DNA of 64,000 nucleotides, from assembly GCA_963674735.2 (NCBI GenBank), contig CAXXQS010000002.1, forward strand, positions 544,001 through 608,000, given 5' to 3'. The position numbers and the translations under genes are program-made. The notes beneath the pieces were generated by a model that made no database searches, was not told where the DNA came from, and worked only from the letters and a program-made list of their open reading frames with translations. This document shows positions 28,509 to 38,149 of the stretch, one piece after another. Source of the stretch: Myxococcota bacterium (GTDB lineage Bacteria > Myxococcota_A > SURF-8). Each line of letters starts with the position of its first letter. Within the stretch, counting starts at the first letter, position 1.

Positions 28509-29933
28509 ATGTTGAACAGCCCATTGAAAGTCTCGCTTTTCGGCGCAGTCCTTCTCGCTCTATTACAGATATCCGGCTGTTCTTCCAAGTCCGATACGGA
28601 CAAGATCGAAGAAGCCTTGGAAGATTTGCTGACCGACAATCTGGAATTCGAAAACAGCACCGTGCAGGAGGGCTCGCCGCCGGAAAGCTCCGAGTCCGCC
28701 GACGCACCGCAGATCAAGCAGGCCAGCGGCGACAACCTGCGCCTGGGGGCACCCTTCGCCTTCAAGCTGGAGTCGGACTTTGCCGCGCCGGAGACCGTCA
28801 GCAAAACCATCGTGTACGTGGATGGCGCAACCAAATACATTGTCGTCGACACCCGGCTGGCGGCCGGTCTCGCCACTCTGATCGGCCGTTTGTCCACCGA
28901 CCGAGACCTGAAGGGCGAGGATTTCGACCTGCAATTCGCCCTGCAAACGGATGACGGCCTCACCGGAAACTACACCACGCTGGATGTGGAGGTGCTCGAC
29001 GAAAGCCCGCAAGATACCGAAAGTGTTGAGGAACTGGCTCTAATGTCGGTGGAGGATGGAACGTTGAACCCCAGCGGACGCCCCGACGGCAGCAGCGCCT
29101 CGGATGTTCCGCAGATAACCGACGTCAAAGGACCGGAAAACCTGGAGCCGGGGGGCGAATTCACCTTCACCCTCACATCCGACTATCCCGGCGCCGTCAA
29201 CGCGGCCATTCTGGCCGTTCCCGGCGGAGAATCCTACTGGCGTATTCCCGGCCAACTGACGGATGGCGAAATGACGGTCAGCAGCACGTTTACCGCCCCC
29301 GACACGGCAGCGGATATTCACCTGGTTCTGCTGTGGGCGCTCGAAGGCGAAAACGGCTCCGGCCTGTACCGAAGCTGGACAACCGATGTGGAAGGCGAAG
29401 CGGACGACCCAACCGACGGCGACGACCCCTCAAACACCACGTTGTCCTCAAATGTCATGAATTCCCTCGGTGAAGTGTCATCGTCATTGAACGACATCCT
29501 GGTACGCCTGATGGCGTCGGACAACGTGCCGGCCGTCTACGAGAGCGGGGAAACCCGTATCGAATACGACACGCAAGACAGCAGCTACTCCGGCCAGTTG
29601 GAAGACGCGGAGGCCGGTGGTGAAGGCTATGCCTCCGTCACTGGAGAATACCGGTTGGATGATGGGCTGTATTACTTCCTGGCGGTCGCAGAATTTCGCG
29701 ACTTCGCAAATCAAGACGGATCCTTCACCTTCTCCGGCCCCTGCAGGCTCGAACAGTCCATGGACGACTCGGTAAACCTCTACACAGGTTCCTATGTCGG
29801 GGAATTGCAAACCAACCTGGGCTTCTGCGAAATAGACTATACGATCGAAATTACGGGCGATTCGGAGAATGTTCACCAATACGGCATTCTCTGCGGACAG
29901 AGTATCGACATCACCAACGGTTCACCGAGCTAG
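28509..29933 (+). CDS. Hypothetical acidic lipoprotein
   Basis: ISGC lipobox, two similar internal modules, PTDGDDP linker. Confidence 0.7.
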   Translation: MLNSPLKVSLFGAVLLALLQISGCSSKSDTDKIEEALEDLLTDNLEFENSTVQEGSPPESSESADAPQIKQASGDNLRLGAPFAFKLESDFAAPETVSKTIVYVDGATKYIVVDTRLAAGLATLIGRLSTDRDLKGEDFDLQFALQTDDGLTGNYTTLDVEVLDESPQDTESVEELALMSVEDGTLNPSGRPDGSSASDVPQITDVKGPENLEPGGEFTFTLTSDYPGAVNAAILAVPGGESYWRIPGQLTDGEMTVSSTFTAPDTAADIHLVLLWALEGENGSGLYRSWTTDVEGEADDPTDGDDPSNTTLSSNVMNSLGEVSSSLNDILVRLMASDNVPAVYESGETRIEYDTQDSSYSGQLEDAEAGGEGYASVTGEYRLDDGLYYFLAVAEFRDFANQDGSFTFSGPCRLEQSMDDSVNLYTGSYVGELQTNLGFCEIDYTIEITGDSENVHQYGILCGQSIDITNGSPS

Positions 29934-29936
29934 ATC

Positions 29937-31040
29937 TTAGCGCCGCGCCGGACGAGCGCAGGCTTTCATCACGAAACGGGAAAACAGAATGGGGTTGGGA
30001 ACGCGGCTCGAACGGATGGCGTGGTCGCAGTCCTGCAAGGCGGCCAGCGCGGCCGCCAGCGAGGCGCGCGTGTGTCCCTGGGCCTGCTTGATACGCTTTT
30101 GCACCACATAAGGGTTGCCCGGATACTGCTTGGACGCCTGCCCCGGCGATAGACCCGCGTCGAGCAGTCGTCGCAGGGCGATCAGTTCCTGATATAAGCG
30201 AATCAAGGCTCCGATCAGCTGGATTTCGTCCTCGGTTTTGGCGTTGTCGAGGTACTTGCCCAGATACATCAAGGCCGCCCCCAGATTGCGCGAGGCCAGC
30301 GAATCCTGCAGGTTCCAGATTTCCTCCAGGCGCGTCGCTCCCACGACGGTTTTGACATCCGCCAGGGTGACGCTGCGGCTTTCGCCTGCAAACAACTCCA
30401 GCTTCTCGATGGCCTGCAGAATCTCGTTGAAATCGACTCCCAAGAGATCCAGCAACACCTGCTCGGCTCCCCGTTCGATCTTCAATTTGCGGCGTCGAAA
30501 TTCGGCACTGACGAAGGGCTGCACGTCCCGCGCGCGTTTGAAAGGCTCCATTTTGACGCAGGCCGCGCTTTCCAGAATAGCGCTTTTGGCCGCCTTCCCG
30601 CCTTTGTTCTGAGTGGGCAGATGTACGCCGATGAACACCAGACAGGTGGTGGGGGCGGGATTCGCCAGATAGGCCAGGGCCTTCGACCAGCCATCGGCGT
30701 TGATCGCGTGAGCGTCTTTGACGATCACCAGCCGTTTGGGGCGCATCATGGGATAGGTTTCGGCCACCTGAATGGCGGTGCCTAGATCGTGCTCGCCCCC
30801 GACGAACACGTTGTAGTTCAAGTCCTTGACGTTGCCGTCCACCACCGCCTTCGTGATCCCTTTCAAGGCCAGATCCAGGAGGTAGTCGTTGAACGGGCTT
30901 TTGCGGTCGCGCTCCAACCCGCGCGGAGGGGTCAGGCTGGCATGAAAATAATAGACCGGCTGCAAATCGCCCGCCTGGATGGCCTTGACCGCTTTCTCTG
31001 CGGTCAGCGACGTTTTGGGACGCGCTCGTTCCTTGGCCAT
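29937..31040 (-). CDS. holA: DNA polymerase III delta subunit
   Basis: LQPVYYFH, PMMRPKRLVIVKDA, YLANPAPTTCLVF, AIEKLELF. Directly downstream of lptE. Confidence 0.88.
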   Translation of the reverse strand: MAKERARPKTSLTAEKAVKAIQAGDLQPVYYFHASLTPPRGLERDRKSPFNDYLLDLALKGITKAVVDGNVKDLNYNVFVGGEHDLGTAIQVAETYPMMRPKRLVIVKDAHAINADGWSKALAYLANPAPTTCLVFIGVHLPTQNKGGKAAKSAILESAACVKMEPFKRARDVQPFVSAEFRRRKLKIERGAEQVLLDLLGVDFNEILQAIEKLELFAGESRSVTLADVKTVVGATRLEEIWNLQDSLASRNLGAALMYLGKYLDNAKTEDEIQLIGALIRLYQELIALRRLLDAGLSPGQASKQYPGNPYVVQKRIKQAQGHTRASLAAALAALQDCDHAIRSSRVPNPILFSRFVMKACARPARR

Positions 31041-31041
31041 G

Positions 31042-31584
31042 TCACCTTCCCTCCGTCAATTCGGCATAAGCCCGCCGCATGATCCGCTCGGCCAACTGCG
31101 CCGTGGCCGTCTGCCGGTTGTCGGCCTGCGCCGTCGTCAATCCCGAACCCAAAACCTCGATACGGTCGCGCAAGGAGCGCTCCCAAACCGTCAATCCGGC
31201 ACGATCCAGCAGTTTCACGTCCACTTCTGCCGACAACACCCACAAAGCCACCCGAGAGCCCGTCTCCGCTTCGCGCCGCGCCAGAGGCCGCAGGTCGAGG
31301 GAGCGGATACGCCCGCGCAATACGAACTCGGCGTCATCCGCGTCGGCCATCGTGAACGCCCGACGTCCCGCAAAAGCACGGCGGGCGGCGGATACGAAAA
31401 GGGTTTCGGCACCCAGTTCCATGCTGTCGTTTGTGAAAACGGGAATCCACAAGCTGCGTCCGGCCGCCGACCAGTTGCTGGGAGCTTCGCCGAAACGATA
31501 GCCGCAGCCGCTAAAGGCCACGCCGAAAATCCATCCCAGCACCAACACCAGGACGCTCCAATCTGGCAATCGATCCGTCTTCAT
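31042..31584 (-). CDS. lptE: LPS assembly lipoprotein LptE
   Basis: SGCGYRF lipobox motif, IPVFTNDS, ADDAEFVLRGRI. Position upstream of holA. Confidence 0.8.
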   Translation of the reverse strand: MKTDRLPDWSVLVLVLGWIFGVAFSGCGYRFGEAPSNWSAAGRSLWIPVFTNDSMELGAETLFVSAARRAFAGRRAFTMADADDAEFVLRGRIRSLDLRPLARREAETGSRVALWVLSAEVDVKLLDRAGLTVWERSLRDRIEVLGSGLTTAQADNRQTATAQLAERIMRRAYAELTEGR

Positions 31585-31915
31585 GGCCGCACACGGTAGC
31601 AGGCGAAAACCTCGGGGTCAATAGCCAAGCGTAACTCCTTGGATTTAGCGATCTTTACTGCGAAGCAAGCTCAAGATGGCTGCCGACACAAAAATTCCGT
31701 CCCCCTCAACCACCCCGCAGCGAGCCTGTTTGGATCCGATTGAGCCGCCCCGGCACTTACCGAATCGCATCCGGCAAGACCCTCCAGCACGCGTTCACCC
31801 CGTGCGCGGAGGCGTATATTCCGATCTTTACACCACCCGAACAAACTGCTATGATAGGAGCTTGGTTGATATAAAGGGTCGACGATAACGAACAGCTTTC
31901 CAAGGTGGGTGAAGT

Positions 31916-33301
31916 ATGGTGGGTAGATCCATCCTGTTGATGCCGGAAACCAACGAACTCAGCCCGGAAGCCCAAGCCGTTCTCCAACACGTGAACGCGC
32001 TGATTTTCTATCGTCCGGCGGGGGGCCGTTTCGCTTACGTTTCGGAGGCCATCAGCGATCGATTGGGCATCAGCCCGGAAGCTTTCGTCGATAATCCGGC
32101 CGCCATTTTTTCCGATGACAGTCGTCACAATCAAGCGGCGAAACAAATATGGGAGGCCGAAGACCGTGGCGAGTCACGCCAGCCTCCTCCCTATATGATC
32201 GAACTGCGGCATCACAACGGACAATCGATTCTGCAGGAAGTGCGCGACCGCATCCTGTTCGACGGCGACCGGGTGGCGGGCGTTTTGTCGCTGTGTGTCG
32301 ACACCTCCTCCCGCTTGCAGGAACTCGAACAACTCGAACGCAACAGCCAGGAATTGATGGTCATCCATCACGCGCACTCGCGCCTGATGGGGGTCACCAA
32401 CCGCAAGCAGTTGCTGGCCACCCTGCTCGACGTTTCGCTTTCCATGCCCGAATTCTCCTCCGGCGCAGTCTACGATATCGACGGCTGGAAGCGCCGCGCC
32501 AACCTGAGCGTCAGTCGCGGTCTGCCGCCCGAAGTGGAAGCGGCGGTGAGCAGCTTCGAGATTCCCTCGGAAGCCTTCGACGGCACCATGGAACCGGGCG
32601 ACCCGACCACCGCCATTCTGTTGCCCCCCGGCCATAGCTGGCTGACGCCCATCGACGCCATCGGCAACGAGGTGTGCGGCGTCCTGCTCCTGTGCAACGG
32701 CATGCCCGAAGGCTTCGTCGGCGTCGCACTGTCACGCCCCTTCAAACGCGAAACCCAGCGACTGCTGCAGCTCACCGGCGCACTGGTCAGCCATGCCCTC
32801 GAAACGGCCATGCTGCACGGGCAGATCGAAGACCTGACCGATACCGACCCGCTGACCCACTTCCTCAACATCAGCCACGCCGAACACTTTCTGGCGCGCG
32901 AAGACAGCCTGATTTTGCGCTATAAAAAGACCGCCTCACTGATCGTGATGCGCTTCCCGCATATGCGGGATCACGTGTTCGACGACCCGTCCGAAGCCAA
33001 CCTGCGCCTCAAGCGGGCGGCCGATCTGCTGAACGACACCACGCGCAACTCCGATGTGCTATGCCGCTTCGCCTTGGATGAATTCGTCTGCTACCTGCCC
33101 GAAACCGGCAACGAGGGAAGCACCCGACTGGTGCAACGCTATCAGGTTCTGCTCGACCATCTCAATGATGAACTGGGCAACGGCTATCCGCCCGTCCGTT
33201 TCGACGTGGGCTGGGCCACCAGCGAGCGAGGCAACCGCTCGGTGCGCGATCTCCTCATCGAGGCGCGCGAAACGCTCAAACCCGCCCGCGAAAAGGTGTA
33301 G
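31916..33301 (+). CDS. PAS-GAF-GGDEF-fold protein with degenerate active site
   Basis: PAS-like (FAYVSEAISDRLG), GAF-like, TDPLTHFLN, and RNSDVLCRFALDEF in place of RxxD...GGDEF. Confidence 0.8.
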   Translation: MVGRSILLMPETNELSPEAQAVLQHVNALIFYRPAGGRFAYVSEAISDRLGISPEAFVDNPAAIFSDDSRHNQAAKQIWEAEDRGESRQPPPYMIELRHHNGQSILQEVRDRILFDGDRVAGVLSLCVDTSSRLQELEQLERNSQELMVIHHAHSRLMGVTNRKQLLATLLDVSLSMPEFSSGAVYDIDGWKRRANLSVSRGLPPEVEAAVSSFEIPSEAFDGTMEPGDPTTAILLPPGHSWLTPIDAIGNEVCGVLLLCNGMPEGFVGVALSRPFKRETQRLLQLTGALVSHALETAMLHGQIEDLTDTDPLTHFLNISHAEHFLAREDSLILRYKKTASLIVMRFPHMRDHVFDDPSEANLRLKRAADLLNDTTRNSDVLCRFALDEFVCYLPETGNEGSTRLVQRYQVLLDHLNDELGNGYPPVRFDVGWATSERGNRSVRDLLIEARETLKPAREKV

Positions 33302-33345
33302 CGGGAGAACCGGAAAACCGCTCCATCCGTTTTCTCAATTCCTGT

Positions 33346-34023
33346 TTAGTCGCCCGCGTTTTCGGGGCAGTACTCGCTCACGCCGCGAAAGCTGCGGCGA
33401 TGGATGGGGCAGGGTCCGCGTTCGGCCACGGCCCGACGATGCGCGGCGGTGGGATAGCCTTTGTGAACGGCGAAGCCGTAGCCGGGCCAGCGACGATCGG
33501 CCAGCACCATCCAGCGATCGCGCAACACCTTGGCGATAACCGACGCGGCCGCCACGGCCAGACAGAGGCGGTCGCCGCCCACGACCGTGCGCTGCAGGCG
33601 GTCGCTGGGAAGGGCGCGGTTGCCGTCCACGATCCAGATATCGCAAAGCCCTCCGCGCGTCTCGGCCAGAAGCGCAGCGCGGCGCATGCTGTCGAGCGAC
33701 GCCGCCAGGATGTTGTCGCGGTCTATCTGCTGCGGCGATCCGAAAGCGGCTCCCCAAGCCAAAGCTTGGTTTAAAATGGCGGGGAAAAGCCGTTCACGTA
33801 TTTTAGGAGTGAGTTTTTTGGAGTCGTCGAGACCCGGCAGGTCGATCACGGGCGGCAGGCAGACCGCCGCCGCCACCACCGGTCCGGCCAAGGGACCGCG
33901 CCCGGCTTCATCAAGCCCGAGAATGCGGGAATATCCGTGAGAGTCGGCCCAGCGCTCCACGTCCCCCAGCACCGCTTTCTCTGCGGCAGCCAGCCAGTCG
34001 CTCTGGCGCGGGGGACGAACCAT
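33346..34023 (-). CDS. rnhB: Ribonuclease HII
   Basis: GLDEAGRGPLAGPVVAAA, DDSKKL, AAASVIAKV, HKGYPT, HRRSF. Confidence 0.97.
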   Translation of the reverse strand: MVRPPRQSDWLAAAEKAVLGDVERWADSHGYSRILGLDEAGRGPLAGPVVAAAVCLPPVIDLPGLDDSKKLTPKIRERLFPAILNQALAWGAAFGSPQQIDRDNILAASLDSMRRAALLAETRGGLCDIWIVDGNRALPSDRLQRTVVGGDRLCLAVAAASVIAKVLRDRWMVLADRRWPGYGFAVHKGYPTAAHRRAVAERGPCPIHRRSFRGVSEYCPENAGD

Positions 34024-34032
34024 GCAGGCGCG

Positions 34033-34389
34033 TTACCGCTGCACCAAAGGCCGGATGCGAGCCGCCTTGCCGCGCAGTTTGCGCAGGTAGAACAGGCGGG
34101 TGCGGCGCACGCGACCGCGTTGCATGATCTCGACCTTGGTGATCAGGGGCGAATGGGTGGGAAAAGTGCGCTCCACGCCGACGCCGTAGGACACCTTGCG
34201 GACGGTGAAGGTTTCACGATTGCTCGGACCCTGGCGGCGGATGATGTCGCCCTGGAACGGCTGCACGCGCTCTTTGTCGCCTTCGCGAACTTTCAGAAAC
34301 ACTTTAACACGATCCCCGACGTGAAAGTCGGGAAGGTCCATGCGCATCTGCACGTTCTCGAAGGAACGAATGATTTCGTGAGCTTTCAT
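34033..34389 (-). CDS. rplS: 50S ribosomal protein L19
   Basis: [42 protein letters not shown]. Confidence 0.98.
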   Translation of the reverse strand: MKAHEIIRSFENVQMRMDLPDFHVGDRVKVFLKVREGDKERVQPFQGDIIRRQGPSNRETFTVRKVSYGVGVERTFPTHSPLITKVEIMQRGRVRRTRLFYLRKLRGKAARIRPLVQR

Positions 34390-34513
34390 GGTGCGCCCCT
34401 TTCATCTTTCCATAGCACACCGGCCAATTAACGGCCGGAATTAGTCTGGTCATTCGCCGGATCGGTCGTACGTCCCAGCGGACGCAAGACTCTAGTCGAC
34501 CCACGGTATAAAA

Positions 34514-35239
34514 TCAAGTTTTTTTACAGCCTTTTTTACGAGGCCGTTCAAAAGGCGGCTGCGCGTCCGCCGGAAGCAGGTCGGGCCGCACCCGCTGTGT
34601 CCGCAAGAGCGACTGTGCGCGCCGCCAGGCCTCGATCTTGCCGTGATCGCCCGACAACAGCACCTCCGGCACGCGCATCCCTTCGAATTCACGCGGCTTG
34701 GTATACTGCGGACCCTCCAGTAACCCATCGGAAAAACTATCGGTTTCGGCGCTTTGTTCGTTTCCCAGCACACCCGGTACGAAACGCGCGACGGCGTCGA
34801 GCACCACCAGCGCCGGCAGTTCTCCGCCGGTCAGCACGTAATCGCCGATGGACAGCTCTTCGTCCACGAAGGAATCGCGAAAACGCTGATCCACCCCTTC
34901 ATAGCGCCCGCAGATCAGCACCAGCCGCTTATAACCGGCCAGACGCCGGGCGTCGGCGACATCGAAGCGCTTGCCCTGGGGTGTGAGAAAGAGGGTGCGG
35001 CTATCGGCGCAAGTCGGCAGCGAGCGCATGGCGCGCACCAGCGGACCCACCTGCATCAGAAGCCCCGGACCGCCGCCGTAAGGATAGTCGTCGACGCTGC
35101 GGTGCCGGTTGTTGGCGTAATCGCGCGGGTTGACCACATTGACATGCAGCCGGTCTTCACGGATGGCGCGTCCCAGCATCCCTTCCATCAGGTAGCCGTT
35201 CAACACCCCCGGCAAGATGGACAGGATATCAATTCTCAT
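34514..35239 (-). CDS. trmD: tRNA (guanine37-N1)-methyltransferase
   Basis: [42 protein letters not shown]. Confidence 0.98.
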   Translation of the reverse strand: MRIDILSILPGVLNGYLMEGMLGRAIREDRLHVNVVNPRDYANNRHRSVDDYPYGGGPGLLMQVGPLVRAMRSLPTCADSRTLFLTPQGKRFDVADARRLAGYKRLVLICGRYEGVDQRFRDSFVDEELSIGDYVLTGGELPALVVLDAVARFVPGVLGNEQSAETDSFSDGLLEGPQYTKPREFEGMRVPEVLLSGDHGKIEAWRRAQSLLRTQRVRPDLLPADAQPPFERPRKKGCKKT

Positions 35240-35750
35240 AGAGTTCCAGTAACCCTTCCGGCAGTCTCACCCGCACTCGACCGCCGTCGAGATCGACTTC
35301 CGCCACCACCTCGTCGGTCACCGGAATCAGAAGATCCGGCTTGCCTTCACGCGTGACCACGTAGCAGTCGTGCGCACCGGTGGGCAGGACGTCGCCCAGT
35401 TTCCCGTATATTTCGCCCGATTCGGCATCGGCAACCGCCATCCCGATCAGGTCCACCACGTAGTTTTCCCGCTCGTTCACCGGTGCGAACTGTTCGCGCG
35501 GCAGATACAGACCGAGATCGAACATCGCCTCGGCCTCACTGCGCGTCGCCACTCCTTCCAGACGCAGACGCACCCCTTTGTTCAGCGGAGTCGCCGCCAG
35601 CACACGAACAGGCTCGAATCGGCCGTCGCGCTGGAGGTAAACAACGGCATTCGACCGCACATGGGGAGTATCGGGATTGAAAAGCGCCACTCGCAACTCA
35701 CCCCGAATCCCGTGCGCACCCTTGATGCGGGCGATTTCCACGTATTCCAT
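35229..35750 (-). CDS. rimM: 16S rRNA processing protein RimM
   Basis: [23 protein letters not shown]...PEGLL, plus operon context. Confidence 0.96.
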   Translation of the reverse strand: MEYVEIARIKGAHGIRGELRVALFNPDTPHVRSNAVVYLQRDGRFEPVRVLAATPLNKGVRLRLEGVATRSEAEAMFDLGLYLPREQFAPVNERENYVVDLIGMAVADAESGEIYGKLGDVLPTGAHDCYVVTREGKPDLLIPVTDEVVAEVDLDGGRVRVRLPEGLLELYEN

Positions 35751-35810
35751 GTTCCTGAGCTACTTTCCAAATAGAGTGGTGAAAACAAAGGCGGCGGGCG
35801 TCAGCGACTG

Positions 35811-35850
35811 AAAAAAAAAGGACAAGCCGCATCCCGGCCGCTTGTCCTTC
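35811..35850 (-). terminator. Intrinsic terminator between khpA and rimM
   Basis: Minus strand AAGGACAAGC-loop-GCTTGTCCTT followed by a long T run. Confidence 0.75.
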
Positions 35851-35912
35851 AGCATGGCTATCGAGCGGGGATGATGCATCCGCTCCAAAGCGTCGAACGA
35901 GAGAAAGTCGGA

Positions 35913-36143
35913 CTACTCGATAATTTCGAGCACCGCACGTTTACGCAGTTTGGTGGAAGCGGCGCTTAAAATCGTCCGCATGGCCCGAGCCGTGCGTCCC
36001 TGTTTACCGATGACCTTCCCCAAGTCGTCCTTGGCCACCTTCAACTCGATGACCGAAGTCTGCTCACCGACGATCTCCGAGACATCGACTGCTTCCGGAC
36101 TGTCTACAAGAGCCTTCGCAATGATTTCGATGAGTTCCTTCAT
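35913..36143 (-). CDS. khpA: KH-domain RNA-binding protein KhpA (YlqC family)
   Basis: Start [14 protein letters not shown] at 36143. [18 protein letters not shown]. Lies between rpsP and rimM. Confidence 0.95.
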   Translation of the reverse strand: MKELIEIIAKALVDSPEAVDVSEIVGEQTSVIELKVAKDDLGKVIGKQGRTARAMRTILSAASTKLRKRAVLEIIE

Positions 36144-36264
36144 GGTACGATACCCCACATGTAACGTTGCGCAACACCAGCTACAGCGAAAGGGATGATT
36201 CCCCCACGCCGCCAAAAAGCGACTGTTCACCGCCGTCCCGAGATTGTGCGTTTATCGTGTCCGC

Positions 36265-36507
36265 TTACGCGGTTTTCACTTTTTTGAGAAGGCTTCTCAC
36301 CGTCTCCGTGGGCTGCGCGCCATTGTCCAGCCAATACTGAACGCGATCCATCTTCAGATTGACTTTGTCGCTCTCCGCCAGGGGATTGTACGTGCCAAGG
36401 TTTTCCAGAAAACGGCCATCACGGGAATTACGAGAATCCGCCGCGATCACGCGATAAAAGGGATTTTTCTTGGCGCCCTTACGGGTAAGCCGCAGTTTCA
36501 CTGCCAT
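36265..36507 (-). CDS. rpsP: 30S ribosomal protein S16
   Basis: [26 protein letters not shown]...RDGRF...GAQPTETV. Confidence 0.98.
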   Translation of the reverse strand: MAVKLRLTRKGAKKNPFYRVIAADSRNSRDGRFLENLGTYNPLAESDKVNLKMDRVQYWLDNGAQPTETVRSLLKKVKTA

Positions 36508-36592
36508 TTTACTAATCCTCCATTAACCTATTAGAACAGTATCAAAGGCTTCGACGCTTTGCAACTTTTTTTCACACAACCCGGTTTCGCGC

Positions 36593-37951
36593 TCAGCGCC
36601 CGCCGCGTCCCATGCCGTTGAGTTGCCGCATCATTTCCTTGGGTCCCATCTTGTTGAACTTCTTCATCATCTTCTTCATCTGGCCGAACTGTTTGACCAG
36701 TCGATTCACTTCTTGCACCGTAGTGCCCGATCCGGCCGCAACCCGCCGACGACGCGAACCGTTGAGAATGGCGTGATTGCGCCGTTCCTTGGCCGTCATG
36801 GAGCGGATGATAGCCTCGATATGCTTCAGCTCTTTTTCGGCCATGGCGCCCTCTTTGCCCTCTTCCAAGGTGCGCGCCACGTTCTTCATCCCCGGCAACA
36901 TACCGATCACCGACGAAATGGACCCGAGCTTTTTCATCATCTGCATCTGGCTGAGAAAATCTTCCAGGGTGAACGAGGCTTTTTTCAGCTTGCGCTGCAT
37001 CGCCTCGGCTTCGTCCTTGTTCACCACCTCCTGGGCTTTCTCGATGAGCGTCATCACGTCGCCCATACCCAGAATCCGCGACGCGATGCGGTCGGGATGG
37101 AAAACCTCCAAGCCTTCCATCTTCTCGCCGACACCCACGAATTTCAGCGGACGTCCGGTGACCGCCTTGATGGACAGCGCCGCACCGCCGCGCGCATCAC
37201 CGTCCATTTTGGTCAGCACGATACCGGTCAGCTCCAGCCGCTCGTCGAAGGCTTTCGCCACATTGACGGCTTCCTGACCGGTCATGGCGTCGGCCACGAA
37301 CAGAATCTCCTGCGGCGACAAGGCGCGGGCGATCTGGTCCACTTCGGCCATCATCTTGTCATCGATCTGCAGGCGGCCGGCGGTATCGAGCAGGACCACA
37401 TCGTAGCCCTGGTTCTCGGCCATGATTTTGGCCTTGGCCGCAATCGCCACCGGGTGATCGTTCGTGGTGGACGGATACACGTCGCAGCCCACCTGTTCGC
37501 CCAGCCGCGTAAGCTGATCGATGGCCGCCGGGCGATACACATCGGCCGGGACAAGAAGGGGGTTGCGATGTTGTTTCTTCAGCCATTTGGCGATCTTGCC
37601 GACGGTGGTCGTCTTACCGGAGCCCTGCAGACCGACCATCATCACCAGGATGGGCGGCTTCTGATTGAGATCGAGCCCGACCTGCTCACCCCCCAGCAAC
37701 TCCACCAGTTTCTCGTGGACGATTTTGATGAACTGCTGTCCGGGCGACAGCGATTTCATCACGGCTTCGCCGAGGGCTTCTTCCTTGACCGCCGCCACAA
37801 AGTCTTTGACGACCTTGAAGTTGACATCCGCTTCCAGAAACGAGCGGCGGACTTCCTTGACGGCCTCGTCGATGTTGGCTTCCGTCAGCTTCCCCTGGCC
37901 GCGCAGCGACTTGAAAGCTTCGGATAGTCTGTCGGAAAGCTGATCGAACAT
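36593..37951 (-). CDS. ffh: Signal recognition particle protein Ffh
   Basis: Start MFDQLSDRL. GLQGSGKTTT, DTAGR, TKMDGDARGGAALS and a Met-rich M domain. Confidence 0.98.
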   Translation of the reverse strand: MFDQLSDRLSEAFKSLRGQGKLTEANIDEAVKEVRRSFLEADVNFKVVKDFVAAVKEEALGEAVMKSLSPGQQFIKIVHEKLVELLGGEQVGLDLNQKPPILVMMVGLQGSGKTTTVGKIAKWLKKQHRNPLLVPADVYRPAAIDQLTRLGEQVGCDVYPSTTNDHPVAIAAKAKIMAENQGYDVVLLDTAGRLQIDDKMMAEVDQIARALSPQEILFVADAMTGQEAVNVAKAFDERLELTGIVLTKMDGDARGGAALSIKAVTGRPLKFVGVGEKMEGLEVFHPDRIASRILGMGDVMTLIEKAQEVVNKDEAEAMQRKLKKASFTLEDFLSQMQMMKKLGSISSVIGMLPGMKNVARTLEEGKEGAMAEKELKHIEAIIRSMTAKERRNHAILNGSRRRRVAAGSGTTVQEVNRLVKQFGQMKKMMKKFNKMGPKEMMRQLNGMGRGGR

Positions 37952-38012
37952 ATCGCCTCCTGCGCCTTTCGGGCGCACGTCACACTTTACCCCCCTGAAA
38001 AAGGAGCTATCT

Positions 38013-38041
38013 CTTGTAGTGGATTAATAAACGCGTGTCAA
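38013..38041 (-). promoter_or_regulatory. Putative sigma70 promoter of ffh
   Basis: Minus strand TTGACA-17 nt-TACAAG. Confidence 0.45.
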
Positions 38042-38149
38042 GGAATTTACAATCCTTTCGCGGAGGTATCCTGGCCGATCCTCCTCGTTAAACCCGATCC
38101 GGCGAGTCGGGAGAAGCACTTGAAAAGCCGGGAAACCGCCTATGACGAG

